A program made the position numbers and the translations under genes. DNA of 40,783 nt, taken from assembly GCA_048882385.1 (NCBI GenBank), contig JBHLRQ010000019.1:1-40783 (forward strand), in the 5' to 3' direction. This stretch comes from Candidatus Thorarchaeota archaeon. GTDB lineage: Archaea; Asgardarchaeota; Thorarchaeia; Thorarchaeales; Thorarchaeaceae. Shown one piece after another: positions 17,651 through 28,200 of this stretch. Each line of letters opens with the position of its first letter. Position 1 is the first letter of the stretch. The notes under the pieces are model-generated. The model was not told the DNA's origin. It saw only the letters and a list, made by a program, of their open reading frames with translations, and did no database searches.

Positions 17651-19534
17651 TTATTCTAGATCTTCAAAATCTACGTCAACGACGTCTTCTTCATCTCCAG
17701 AAGATGCTGTTGTTGGACCGGTAGGACCAGCTCCCATCTGACTAGTATCAAAGCCAGCTGCACCAGGTCCTGCTCCACCAGGTCCAGCCGCACCATAGAC
17801 TTTCTCTGAAATCTTGTATATGATTTGCTGAAGTTCTTGTGTACCAGACTTCATCTTTTCATAATCGTCTGTTTCCATTGCCTTGGTCAGTTCCTGTGCC
17901 TTTGTTTCGAATTCTTTCTTCAGATCAGCAGGAACCTTGTCTCCAAGATCCTTCAGTAGCTTCTCTCCTTGATGGATCATTTGGTCAGCCATATTTTTGG
18001 TTTCTACTTGGTCTTTCCACTTTGCATCCTCTTCAGCATACTTCTCTGCATCTTTGACCATTCTATTAATGTCATCATCAGAGAGATTTGTGCTTGCGGT
18101 AATTGTTATTGATTGCTCGTTACCAGTAGCTAGGTCCTTGGCTTTTACATTGGCAATGCCATTCGCATCAATATCAAATGTGACCTCAATCTGTGGCGTA
18201 CCTCTGGGTGCGGGAGGAATTCCAACGAGCTGGAATTTCCCCAGCGTCATATTCTGTGCAGCCATTGGACGTTCTCCCTGAACAACATGAATGTCCACAG
18301 CTGTCTGACCATCAGCAGCTGTTGAGAAAATCTTACTCTTTCTGGTCGGAACAGTTGTATTCCTATCAATCAATGGGGTTGAAACTCCACCTAAGGTTTC
18401 AATACCAAGTGTCAGAGGTGTGACATCTAGAAGCAGGATGTCCTTCACATCTCCTGACAGTACACCAGCCTGAGCTGCGGCTCCGAGTGCAACGCATTCA
18501 TCTGGATTGATGCTCTTATCGCCCTCTTTTCCAAACAGGTCACGAATGATTTGTTGGATCATTGGCATCCGAGTTGCCCCTCCAACAAGTAGGATTTTAT
18601 TAATCTGTTCAGGTTCCAACTTGGCATCACTCAGAGCCTGACGTATAGGTCCTACTGTTGCATCAACCAAGTCATCTGTCATCTTTTCAAATGTTGAACG
18701 GTTCAGGTCAATGTTAAGATGTTTTGGACCACTCTGGTCAGCTGTAATATAGGGCAGGTTAATGTTTGTCTGCATGACTGTGGAGAGCTCAATCTTTGCC
18801 TGTTCTGCAGCATCTCGAACTCGTTGCATTGCAGAAAGATCTGATTTCAAATCAACCCCAGTCTGATTCTTGAACTCCTCGACCATCCAGTTAATGATTC
18901 GGTTGTCCCAGTCGTCACCACCGAGCTGTGTGTTACCACTCGTCGAGAGGACTTCATAAACAGTTTCACTATCGACTTCTCCAATGTCTAGAATAGATAC
19001 ATCAAAGGTCCCTCCACCGAGGTCATATACCAGTACTTTCACTTCCTTGCCCTTGTCCAATCCATACGCAAGTGCTGAGGCTGTGGGTTCATTCACAATT
19101 CGTTCAACTTCAAATCCAGCTATTCTCCCAGCATCTCGGGTAGCTTGTCTCTGGCTATCATTGAAGTATGCAGGAACGGTGATAACCGCTTTCTCAATGG
19201 ATTCACCTAAGAACGATTCTGCATCCTTCTTCATCTTTGTCAGAATCATTGCAGAAATTTCCTGGGGCGTGTATTCCTTATCACCTATCTTGACCTTGTA
19301 GTCCTGTCCCATCTTTCTCTTGATGGAGCGGACAGTACGATCGGGTATTGATACCGCCTGACGTTTAGCAAGCTCACCCACGACAATCTCACCCTTCGGG
19401 GTAATTCCAACAACTGAAGGAGTCAGACGCTTTCCCTCAGCGTTAGGAATAATGGTAGGCTTACCGCCTTCCATATAGGCGATGCCACTGTTTGTCGTAC
19501 CCAAGTCAATTCCAACTATCTTACTTGTCATCAT
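17651..19534 (-). CDS. dnaK: Chaperone DnaK (Hsp70)
   Basis: [35 protein letters not shown]; short (archaeal/monoderm) N-terminal form. Confidence 0.98.
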   Translation of the reverse strand: MMTSKIVGIDLGTTNSGIAYMEGGKPTIIPNAEGKRLTPSVVGITPKGEIVVGELAKRQAVSIPDRTVRSIKRKMGQDYKVKIGDKEYTPQEISAMILTKMKKDAESFLGESIEKAVITVPAYFNDSQRQATRDAGRIAGFEVERIVNEPTASALAYGLDKGKEVKVLVYDLGGGTFDVSILDIGEVDSETVYEVLSTSGNTQLGGDDWDNRIINWMVEEFKNQTGVDLKSDLSAMQRVRDAAEQAKIELSTVMQTNINLPYITADQSGPKHLNIDLNRSTFEKMTDDLVDATVGPIRQALSDAKLEPEQINKILLVGGATRMPMIQQIIRDLFGKEGDKSINPDECVALGAAAQAGVLSGDVKDILLLDVTPLTLGIETLGGVSTPLIDRNTTVPTRKSKIFSTAADGQTAVDIHVVQGERPMAAQNMTLGKFQLVGIPPAPRGTPQIEVTFDIDANGIANVKAKDLATGNEQSITITASTNLSDDDINRMVKDAEKYAEEDAKWKDQVETKNMADQMIHQGEKLLKDLGDKVPADLKKEFETKAQELTKAMETDDYEKMKSGTQELQQIIYKISEKVYGAAGPGGAGPGAAGFDTSQMGAGPTGPTTASSGDEEDVVDVDFEDLE

Positions 19535-20148
19535 TAATCACCATTGTTTTCCGAATTGTTATTATCCTCATCACTACTCGCTTCGACAGGAACTTCTATT
19601 CGGTTCACACAGACCATTGCAGGCCGCAGAACCTTCTCTTTGAGCATATAGCCTCTCTGATATTCTTCAAGAATTAGTCCATCAGGTTTGTCAGGGTCAT
19701 TTGTCTTTTGAACTGCATGCTGATAGTATGGGTCAAATTGTTTACCTAGCGACTCAATCGGACGCACACCTTCTTTTGAGAGAATTGTATCCAATTGTTT
19801 TTGAATCGCTTCGACTCCAGCTTTGGCTTCATTCGGATCCTTCTTGAAGTCTACTTGGAGTGCACGGAGAAGGTTATCATAGACATCTAAAACCTTCAGA
19901 ATGATGTCCTCACTTGCGAACTGTGCAGCTTGTGAGAATCTGCTATCCATCCGTTTCCGGTAGTTATCAAACTCAGCTTGCAACCGTTGAAGTCTATCAA
20001 GCAAATCCTTGGATTTCTCACTCTCATCTTTGACCTGTTCAAGGAGAGGGTCTTCAGGAACCATCTCGAAGACTTCCTCAGGTTCATTGAAAACTTCATC
20101 TGACAGGTCCATCTCAAGATCCTGATTATTTTCGCCTTCATCGTACAT
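19534..20148 (-). CDS. grpE: Nucleotide exchange factor GrpE
   Basis: [35 protein letters not shown]. Start moved to ATG 20148. Confidence 0.95.
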   Translation of the reverse strand: MYDEGENNQDLEMDLSDEVFNEPEEVFEMVPEDPLLEQVKDESEKSKDLLDRLQRLQAEFDNYRKRMDSRFSQAAQFASEDIILKVLDVYDNLLRALQVDFKKDPNEAKAGVEAIQKQLDTILSKEGVRPIESLGKQFDPYYQHAVQKTNDPDKPDGLILEEYQRGYMLKEKVLRPAMVCVNRIEVPVEASSDEDNNNSENNGD

Positions 20149-20350
20149 TTCAAGTCCACGCTGCCTAATCGTAGTAATCACTGACTGACAATTTGTACAG
20201 AAGGGGGTCGTAATTGGGTTGCTGAATAATACACAGCTCCCCTCGGTGACTCGGGCCAATGCTTTGGCGAACAAATAAAACCTTTTCGACTCGGCAAGTT
20301 TTTGCGAAACCGAAAACAACATCAAGGGGAAGCAATGGATTCTGATTGAA

Positions 20351-21097
20351 ATGTCGATTGACGATGAACTTGAACGAGCGCGGCAACTAGTTGTGCGTAG
20401 TAGCAAGATTACAGCTTTGACTGGCGCAGGTATCAGTGTAGATTCAGGGATTCCTGACTTCCGTTCAGAGGGAGGTCTATGGGAACGCTACGATCCTCAT
20501 GAATACGCAACAATTGAGAGTTTCATGCGAAACCCAATAAAATTCTGGACTATGGGTCGTGAGCTTGCTGAAACAATACTTCAAGCAAAGCCAAACAGCG
20601 CTCATATTGGATTATCTAAATTGGAATCTGATAAGAAACTTCTTGGTGTCATAACACTGAATATTGACAATCTGCATCAGGCAGCTGGCAATCAACGTAT
20701 TGTAGAACTTCATGGCAACTACCTCAGAGCACATTGCATTGAGTGCAACAAGGAGTTTGTAGGAGAGGCAGTTCACAAGAGAGTAGTAAGTGGAGAGATA
20801 CCCCCAAAATGCGATGCGTGTAATGGAGTTTTGAAATCTGAAGCTATTCTGTTTGGAGAACCTCTTCCAGAGAAAGCCATGGAAGAAGCCATTAATCTAT
20901 GCCGAAAAACCGACCTTATGATGGTAATTGGTACAAGTCTGACTATTTATCCAGCAGCATTCTTACCTCAGCTAGCCAAGAACGCAGGAGCGAAAATTAT
21001 CCTAATCAATCTGGAGGGAATTAACAGAGACAATGTTGCAGATATAGTAATTCGAGGGCGAGCAACTGAGATTATACCCAAACTGGTCGAATATTAG
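20351..21097 (+). CDS. cobB: NAD-dependent protein deacylase (Sir2 family)
   Basis: GAGISVDSGIPDFR, NIDNLH, ELHG, two CxxC pairs, GTSL. Confidence 0.92.
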   Translation: MSIDDELERARQLVVRSSKITALTGAGISVDSGIPDFRSEGGLWERYDPHEYATIESFMRNPIKFWTMGRELAETILQAKPNSAHIGLSKLESDKKLLGVITLNIDNLHQAAGNQRIVELHGNYLRAHCIECNKEFVGEAVHKRVVSGEIPPKCDACNGVLKSEAILFGEPLPEKAMEEAINLCRKTDLMMVIGTSLTIYPAAFLPQLAKNAGAKIILINLEGINRDNVADIVIRGRATEIIPKLVEY

Positions 21098-21426
21098 ATC
21101 AACAAAGGAAAGGCAAACCAGGAATATACTGCTAGACCACCTGGAATTATTATCACTGAAAGAAATATCGTGATTACACCAAGTAGGTATAGATTATTAT
21201 CCATCATCCAGAGACCCAGATACGAAAAGGCGTAGGATACAACACAAGCTGTAAAACCCAAAACAATTACCGGAGCTAGGGGGAATGCGATGGATAGGAA
21301 TCCTCCAGCTTGCGTCCAGAGCAATCCTATGTTTAAAACGACGAAAAAACCACGGACGGCTAAATAGACAATAATACAAACAAAAATCCCAATCTGTGAA
21401 AATGTCATGCGTGCAGGTAGACTCAT
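21094..21426 (-). CDS. Hypothetical membrane protein (3 TM)
   Basis: Highly hydrophobic ORF; start uncertain. Confidence 0.55.
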   Translation of the reverse strand: MSLPARMTFSQIGIFVCIIVYLAVRGFFVVLNIGLLWTQAGGFLSIAFPLAPVIVLGFTACVVSYAFSYLGLWMMDNNLYLLGVITIFLSVIIIPGGLAVYSWFAFPLLI

Positions 21427-21522
21427 AGTTTGCTCAGGGATTTTTTGCTCAGACGACCTTTTTACGCTTTCGAAAATGTATACTGCAAATGTCATAAGGA
21501 GGTTTTTTCCCAACCCGGACCA

Positions 21523-22488
21523 ATGAACGACATTGCGTGGAAGCTGGCGAGCCTAGGTCAGCTCTCCATTCTTCTGGAGGCAAGCTCTCCGAAACCCGGA
21601 AATGTAAATAGACAAGTAGGTTTCTCAGATACTGACTATAGGCATTTTCTTGCAAGTGCATCATTAATGGCACAGGGATTACACCTCAGTGCCACAAGAG
21701 GAATCGCTCTTGCAGAAGAGGAGATTCGACCTTCAGAAATCCATTTGGGAGAACTAATTTTCCAATGTGCAAAAGATACTTTCACAGGTATTAACAGGAG
21801 AAATACAATACTTGGCACAATCCTTCTTTATGTTCCACTTGTAGTTTCATGTGCAGCCACAGTGAAACAAGATGGAAAGTTCTCAATCAGTCGTGTTGTT
21901 GAATGGTTAAGGACTATTGTAAAACACACATCAGTTGAAGACACAGTAAATCTGTACAAAGCGTTCCATCTAGCTCGGTCTACTAGTCCAAAACATAATG
22001 AATCAGCAAGTTGGACAGAAGCCCATACTCGATACGACATTGACAATAAGCGAGTTTTGGAAAATATTGTTGAAGATGGACTCACCCTTCAAGGACTCTT
22101 TCAGATGTCTTCGGACGTTGATGAGATTAGTAATGAATGGGCAAATCAGTTTAATTTGACTTTGGCGAAGGTTTTCCCCTACCTCGATAGTATTACTCAA
22201 AACCTTGAGGATTTGGAAGAAGGCATTGTTCAGACTTTCATTTGGTTGCTTTCACTTCGGCCAGATGGCCTCATCACTAAGAAAGCTGGGGAGAATCAAG
22301 CAGAGGATGTGAGGGCTCTTGCTGAGAAAATAATGGCAGCTTGGGATCAAAAATCGGATCCAATGGAGATAATGGTCCGACTTGACTATGAGCTTCGAAA
22401 AGAGGGCAATCTACTGAATCCGGGTACAACAGCAGATTTAGTATCAGCGGCGATCCTGTGCAAATTAGTAGCTCTTGAATTTCCTTGA
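21523..22488 (+). CDS. citG: CitG-family triphosphoribosyl-dephospho-CoA synthase-like protein
   Basis: LEASSPKPGNV, NTILGTILL, PDGLITKK, NPGTTADLV. Start uncertain. Confidence 0.85.
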   Translation: MNDIAWKLASLGQLSILLEASSPKPGNVNRQVGFSDTDYRHFLASASLMAQGLHLSATRGIALAEEEIRPSEIHLGELIFQCAKDTFTGINRRNTILGTILLYVPLVVSCAATVKQDGKFSISRVVEWLRTIVKHTSVEDTVNLYKAFHLARSTSPKHNESASWTEAHTRYDIDNKRVLENIVEDGLTLQGLFQMSSDVDEISNEWANQFNLTLAKVFPYLDSITQNLEDLEEGIVQTFIWLLSLRPDGLITKKAGENQAEDVRALAEKIMAAWDQKSDPMEIMVRLDYELRKEGNLLNPGTTADLVSAAILCKLVALEFP

Positions 22489-22490
22489 AA

Positions 22491-22676
22491 TCATCCGATT
22501 ATTCCACTGAACAAAATTAGTGCCAGTATAAATAGGAGTGCTGCGGATGGTACCAACATAATCATTCCTTCATGACGTTTCACTAGACGCGCTTCGTTTC
22601 TCGGTCCAAAATAGAAACCTATTAACAAAATCACGCCTAGAACAACCAAGAGTAAAGCGAGTCCTTCATGTGCCAT
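22491..22676 (-). CDS. Small two-TM membrane protein
   Basis: 61 aa with two hydrophobic helices; fits the gap. Confidence 0.65.
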   Translation of the reverse strand: MAHEGLALLLVVLGVILLIGFYFGPRNEARLVKRHEGMIMLVPSAALLFILALILFSGIIG

Positions 22677-22758
22677 TCTTAATCCCGAATCTCGTGGGTA
22701 TCTGACTCGTTATTAACATAATCGTCGTATACAATAATTATAGTAAAAACAAGTGGGG

Positions 22759-22790
22759 ATGCTCTGAGCCACAAAGGTGGTCAAGAGCAT
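22759..22790 (-). terminator. Hairpin after wHTH gene
   Basis: ATGCTCT/AGAGCAT plus CCAC/GTGG, followed by a U-rich tract on the minus strand. Confidence 0.45.
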
Positions 22791-22806
22791 GGGTGACAAC
22801 CAAAGA

Positions 22807-23088
22807 TCACACGAGAACCTGCCTGAAAACGTGCTCGAACCTCATTCGAAGTTCTCTTGCACGCTCCATATCGGCCGCATATAGTGGCTGCCGCATATCA
22901 GTCAGATTTGGAATCTTCTTGCACAATTTCTGACCCATTAGTTTACGCAATGCGAAGCTGACGGTTCGAGGTGCAAGGTCCACTCTTGTGCTGATTGCCT
23001 TTGGTGTCATGGGACCCTCTGACGTCAGACGATCCAAAACGATTATGGCACTGCGCGGTAGTTCAATGGACATCTTGTTCTCTACCAT
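22807..23088 (-). CDS. Winged-helix transcription regulator, paralog 1
   Basis: GPMTPKAI..DLAPRTVSFALRKL helix-turn-helix; PNLTDMRQPLY wing. Confidence 0.85.
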   Translation of the reverse strand: MVENKMSIELPRSAIIVLDRLTSEGPMTPKAISTRVDLAPRTVSFALRKLMGQKLCKKIPNLTDMRQPLYAADMERARELRMRFEHVFRQVLV

Positions 23089-23227
23089 CCCTTGAATGGT
23101 CGGGTCTTTCCGTTCCCATCTATTAAGTACACTATATTCAATATAAGAGATAAGGTCACAGCAGTTTGAGTAATTTTCGTGTATTTACTTAAATTTGAGA
23201 GAAAAGATGAGCATTTGAGAATGCATT

Positions 23228-23548
23228 CTAGCGATTGAATGAGTGTGAAGAATGTCTGATCGAGGGTTCCATATGTGCTGATTGTTTCTTAGTGTATAGA
23301 AGCTGAAGCTCACGTACTTTTTCTAGATTGACATGATAGATTGGTTGACGCATGTCTGCTAGATTTGGTGTCTTCTTGATCACTTGTTCCCTCACTAAGG
23401 TTCTTAGTGCAAAAGAGATTGTACGTGGTGCGAGATCAACCTTCTCAATGATGGTCTTAGGAGTCATAGGACCTTCAGATGTGAGACTGTTTAAAACAAT
23501 CAAAGCACTGTTAGGCAAATCTATTGACATATCCCACTCACAATCCAT
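23228..23548 (-). CDS. Winged-helix transcription regulator, paralog 2
   Basis: Near-identical core to paralog 1; probable start 23530 (MSIDLP). Confidence 0.85.
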   Translation of the reverse strand: MDCEWDMSIDLPNSALIVLNSLTSEGPMTPKTIIEKVDLAPRTISFALRTLVREQVIKKTPNLADMRQPIYHVNLEKVRELQLLYTKKQSAHMEPSIRHSSHSFNR

Positions 23549-23623
23549 CTAAACAATATCAACCATTGAATATAAGGGGTTGTTTCAAAGCATAAATAGA
23601 TAATTCGTGTCTAAAAATCGATT

Positions 23624-24607
23624 GTGATGGGAATGGTGCATCGTGTATTTGTCACAAGGAAGATACCATCGGTAGGAATTAATATAATCTCAGAGAGGTA
23701 TGACGTTGATCTTTGGTTAGATGAACGACCACCAACGACTGAAGAGATTATCGAACGAGCAAAAGGTTGTACTGGACTTATCACTCTACTTTCTGATGAT
23801 ATCAATTGTAATGTACTTGAGAAACTCACCGAACTTCGAGTGATTGCTCAGTATGCAGTCGGATATGATAATATTGACATACAAGACGCGACTAGCCGCG
23901 GCATAATTGTGACGAACACTCCTGGTGTTTTGACAGAAACAACTGCAGACCTAGCTTGGGCTCTACTTATGGCAGCTTCAAGAAGACTAGTTGAAGCAGA
24001 CAAATACATTCGAGAAAAAAAGTGGGATGTCGCATGGGGTCCGGAGATGTTACTTGGATCAGATGTGCATGGAGCTACGCTTGGTGTGATTGGGATGGGA
24101 AGGATTGGACAGGCTGTAGCACGCCGCGCATGTGGATTCAGCATGAAGATACTATATCATTCTCGAACTCAACACAAGGAAATTGAGGATAAGCTCGGAG
24201 CTAGAAGAGTCGATCTAGAAACACTTCTGATAGAATCAGATATAGTAACACTTCATGTGCCGTTGAGTCCAGAAACACATCATCTCATTGGAGAGAAGGA
24301 ACTGACGTTGATGAAGTCTGACTCAGTCCTAATCAATACATCGAGGGGCAAGGTCATTGATGAGGATGCGCTCTATAAAGCCCTACGAGAGGGTCATATT
24401 GGATGCGCAGGTCTTGATGTGTTTAGAGAAGAACCAATTTCGAAGACGAGTCCACTTCTCTCTCTTCAGAATATAATCGTCGCTCCTCACATTGGTAGTG
24501 CAAGCAGGAGTACAAGAGCCACAATGTCACGAATGTGTGCAGAGAATCTAGTTGCAGCATTAGAGGGAAATGCGCCACCAAACATTGTCAATCCTGAGGT
24601 GTTATGA
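23624..24607 (+). CDS. gyaR: Glyoxylate reductase / D-2-hydroxyacid dehydrogenase
   Basis: AVGYDNID, NTPGVLTETTAD, GMGRIG, NTSRG, LDVFREEP, PHIGSA. Confidence 0.9.
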   Translation: MMGMVHRVFVTRKIPSVGINIISERYDVDLWLDERPPTTEEIIERAKGCTGLITLLSDDINCNVLEKLTELRVIAQYAVGYDNIDIQDATSRGIIVTNTPGVLTETTADLAWALLMAASRRLVEADKYIREKKWDVAWGPEMLLGSDVHGATLGVIGMGRIGQAVARRACGFSMKILYHSRTQHKEIEDKLGARRVDLETLLIESDIVTLHVPLSPETHHLIGEKELTLMKSDSVLINTSRGKVIDEDALYKALREGHIGCAGLDVFREEPISKTSPLLSLQNIIVAPHIGSASRSTRATMSRMCAENLVAALEGNAPPNIVNPEVL

Positions 24608-25141
24608 ATGAGTAAAGAGTGTCTCAATCAAATCAGAGGTAGACGATCCATCAGAAGGTTCTCTTCTGAGCCTATCGATGAGGGAGATATCAAGGATATT
24701 TTGAAAGTTGGTTTCAGTGCTCCAAGCGCAGGAAACCGTCAGCCTTGGCGTGTCGTCATTGTCAAAGATCAAGAATTAAAAAATCAGCTTAGTGACGCAG
24801 CATTCGGTCAGACATTCTTAGCGCGTGCTCCAGTGGTCTATGTTGTGTGTGGAGTTCCAGAAGAATCCGCAGAGAGATATAAGGAAAGGGGAAGCACACT
24901 CTACTATATCCAAGACACCGCTGCTTTAACTTTGAACCTTCTCCATGCAGCACATATGCTTGGGTATGGAGCTTGCTGGATAGGTGCATTTAATGAGAGT
25001 GAAGTTTCAACAGTTCTCAAAATACCTTCAAATATGAGACCAGTGTCTATTATCCCCGTAGGTAGAATTGAGGGAAACATTCCAGATATGAAACCCAGAA
25101 GAAATGTGTCTGAGGTTGTAATCCAAGAGCATTTTGTTTGA
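24608..25141 (+). CDS. Nitroreductase family protein
   Basis: RRSIRRF, APSAGNRQPW, GYGACWIG. Confidence 0.92.
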   Translation: MSKECLNQIRGRRSIRRFSSEPIDEGDIKDILKVGFSAPSAGNRQPWRVVIVKDQELKNQLSDAAFGQTFLARAPVVYVVCGVPEESAERYKERGSTLYYIQDTAALTLNLLHAAHMLGYGACWIGAFNESEVSTVLKIPSNMRPVSIIPVGRIEGNIPDMKPRRNVSEVVIQEHFV

Positions 25142-25236
25142 TACATATTAAGAAGTTTAGTGAAATGTGACATTTTAGCCCAATCGTAAGACAGGATTTC
25201 CTCGTTGATTACTGAAGAAATTAAAAATAGGAAGGG

Positions 25237-25256
25237 ATGGAGGCCGAAGCCTCCAT
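25237..25256 (-). terminator. cUUCGg-capped hairpin terminator of large subtilase
   Basis: AUGGAGGC-UUCG-GCCUCCAU on the minus strand, then a pyrimidine/U-rich tract. Confidence 0.7.
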
Positions 25257-25290
25257 TTTCCGTTAAACTAATTGTAACGACTCTACAACT

Positions 25291-28200
25291 CTACCTCTTC
25301 CTGATTAGGAAGAGTATGAGTAGAACCACTACACCGATTCCAAGTCCACCAAGCAGACCAATCAATAGAGGATCTATTCCGGTAGGTGTTGGGGTAGGAG
25401 TAGGTGTTGGGGTAGGAGTAGTCGTCGTTGTCGTCGTTGGCGGTGTGTAGATCTGGTCTCCAGCTTCGAATGAACCACTGACATCATCACTGAATAGACC
25501 TGGCCAGTACGAAGATGGTGGAGTATCCACGCTATTCAGCGGGACGTCTCCTATCAGCGGGTCGCCTGAATCGACATACATTGTAAAGTCAAGGTCGTAT
25601 ACCCTGATTCTGTAATGGTAGTCTTGAATCAGCCATCCCTCTGAATTCCATACGTAGAACGTATCTGTCAGGTTCTGTCGCAGTAGCTGGAAGGTAGAAC
25701 CACCATCTGAGCTAATCCAGACGCTGTAGTATAGCGTATCATCTGCGTTGAGATCTGATGCAGCCCATGTGAAGTTAAAGCGATGGTTAGCAAGGACCAC
25801 CACTGGATTCACTGTGACGGTTGGTACAAAGTAGTTGCCTATGAAGACGTCAGACAGACTTGCTGTGTAACGGAGGTTTGATCCGGTATCGCTGTCAATC
25901 AGGATAGCGAAAGTTCCGTTAAAGAGCAGGTCGTAAGTGTCAATCTCAAAGGTGTGTGTGTAAACCCTAGAGGGTTCAAGTCCCACCCGAGTATCGACAA
26001 CTACATGGAATTGAGTTGAAGCGCCATCATAGTTTAGACACCCAACGTCAATGGAGCCAGACCTACCAGCGGTGAACGTACCATACTCAGGATGACGACC
26101 ACTAGCCATTGACTGGTGTGTTGTAATCCTGTTGGTGTAGGTTCGTTCCTCCATTGGCATGTCAGACCACCAAGCAGCAGCGTCACCGTCCCCACCATCG
26201 AAGTCAACAGTGATTCTCACGAAGTCGTCTTCTACGATGCCAGGAGCAGTAACCCAAGCCCATTCGTCTGGATTAATGACTCCGCCACCTAGCTGAGTAT
26301 CTGGATCGGGTGTATCAACAGCAGGAACTGTTTCGTCAGTGAACGTACCATAGAGTATTTTCATCTCTAGGGACGATATAGACAATTCAGGCATTCCTGG
26401 ATTGACTCCATCAGTCCATGTTGCGTTCATGACAACGTGATCACCAACTGCAGACCCACCATTACCAATCACAGTTGGTACTGGATGATCTCTAGCATAG
26501 TAGCTCACCGTCATTGTTGGGTCATCGATAGCAGCCAATCCGACCACTGTTACCACTATGTCCTCTGGAACGAATGTACCTTCCATTGCATTCACATACA
26601 AGTAGATGCCATACAGACCGGTCCATCCCTCAATCTCAGCCACTGCTAATGCGCTTGTGTCTGTTTCTTTGACAGCGACATAGGACTCTGCCCAAGCCCC
26701 ACCAGTCATATCTATGATATCTACATCCATGTCTGTGTCTGCGCTAGCCCATGTTACTCGTGCAGCCAGGAAATTCACAGTATCGTCAGTCATATTAACA
26801 ATGATTGACGCATGGTCTCCTGCTGTGTAGGTGTATCTTGGGTCTGTGTTAGCTGTGATAGTACCCTGCTCGTAGGGAGTCTGTGCATCACCGACACCAT
26901 TGGCAATCTCCATGATTACACCTTCGGTATCGTATGTACCGATGACATTGTACGTGTATGGGATGCGGTAGTAGTTTGCACCAGTATTATTGACAGCTTT
27001 GATAAATCCTTGATGGATACCAAAGTCTGTACCAACACCAACTGTCAAAGGTACTGTGGCACCAGGAGATGCATCCACTATCGTACCAATATTGCTGTCA
27101 GCAGCAAGCACCCAAGGCTGGATATTCACTTGTAGTGTATTACCAGTTGTGTATGGCCAGCTCCAGATGTTGTCATCATGGACACTGATGATTGCTGTGC
27201 CTGCGAATAGGTCACCAAGTGTTGTTGCACTTGAGAGATCCATCTTCAGCACGTTGGTATCATCAGCATACTGTAGTCTTGTAAGCTCGTCACCGTGTGT
27301 TCCGTTGTAGTAGTTTGGATAGGTATCTGCGGGATCTGTGTCAGACCAATCAAAGATGAATGCCCACAGACTATCGTCAGCAAATGTGGTTTGATCACCA
27401 GCGATTGTGATAGTAGCATACTGATAGCCCATCAGAGTGTTAAAGTCTGTTGTACCAAGTTTAGCTTCTAGATCAATCCATCCGGCTTTCGTACTGTCAG
27501 TCACTGTATCGTTGTAGATGAAGGTCTCGAAAGTGAACGAGAACGGCGCCGAAGCAGCAACATACTGTTCTGCGGTCCACGTAAAGTCGCTAAAGGCCCA
27601 ATTTCCATCAGTATTGACAGTCATTGTGACTGAATCGCCCTCGTTAACAATGCCGAAGTATAGACTATAATCAGCAAAGTCAGTTGGAGCATCTGTTGAA
27701 TTGAACCAAGTGTTTCGAGTATATGGAGCCATGTCGTACTCCCATGCCTCATCTATGGCAACGGCCCAATTCGCCAAGGAGTCCATTGTTGAGAACACGT
27801 TTCCATTTCCATTCACTACATAGTCGACTGCTGCGTATGCATCAACTCGACCAGCACCCTGTGTAAGACCATCAATTCCGATGTCTACTGCTGTGCTTTT
27901 CAGGATTGTCTTGACCTCGTCAGGTTCCAGAGCACTATTTGCCTCAAGCATCAATGCTGCAACACCGGCCACCATTGGACATGCCATTGAGGTACCACCA
28001 TATACAGCATAGTTGTTTCGAGGAGCGTAGAACATGTCACCATAGTCTGGGACAAGTCCGTAGTTGTTCGCACCAGGAGCTAGGATGTCTGGCTTCGCAT
28101 AACCCAGGGTCGATGGACCTCTGGATGAGAAGCTAGCAATCTGATCAAAGCCCTGGCCAGGACCATACGAGCCCTCGAAGGTGTGATAGCTTGTTGAAGC

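Noticed and set aside
16596-20148. Bacterial-type grpE-dnaK-dnaJ in an archaeon as a novelty
   Set aside because: Well documented in many archaeal lineages.
20149-20406. 86-aa extension of grpE, and a possible CIRCE or RNA thermometer
   Set aside because: The extension overlaps the divergent sirtuin gene. No TTAGCACTC-N9-GAGTGCTAA is present, and only weak pairing is visible.
22759-22809. TGA stop followed by a hairpin, as a possible SECIS/selenocysteine readthrough
   Set aside because: No tandem G-A quartet or apical AA, and the stop is not at a Cys-equivalent position.
25205-25450. ORF with GVGVGV/VVVV run
   Set aside because: Antisense shadow of the Thr/Pro linker.
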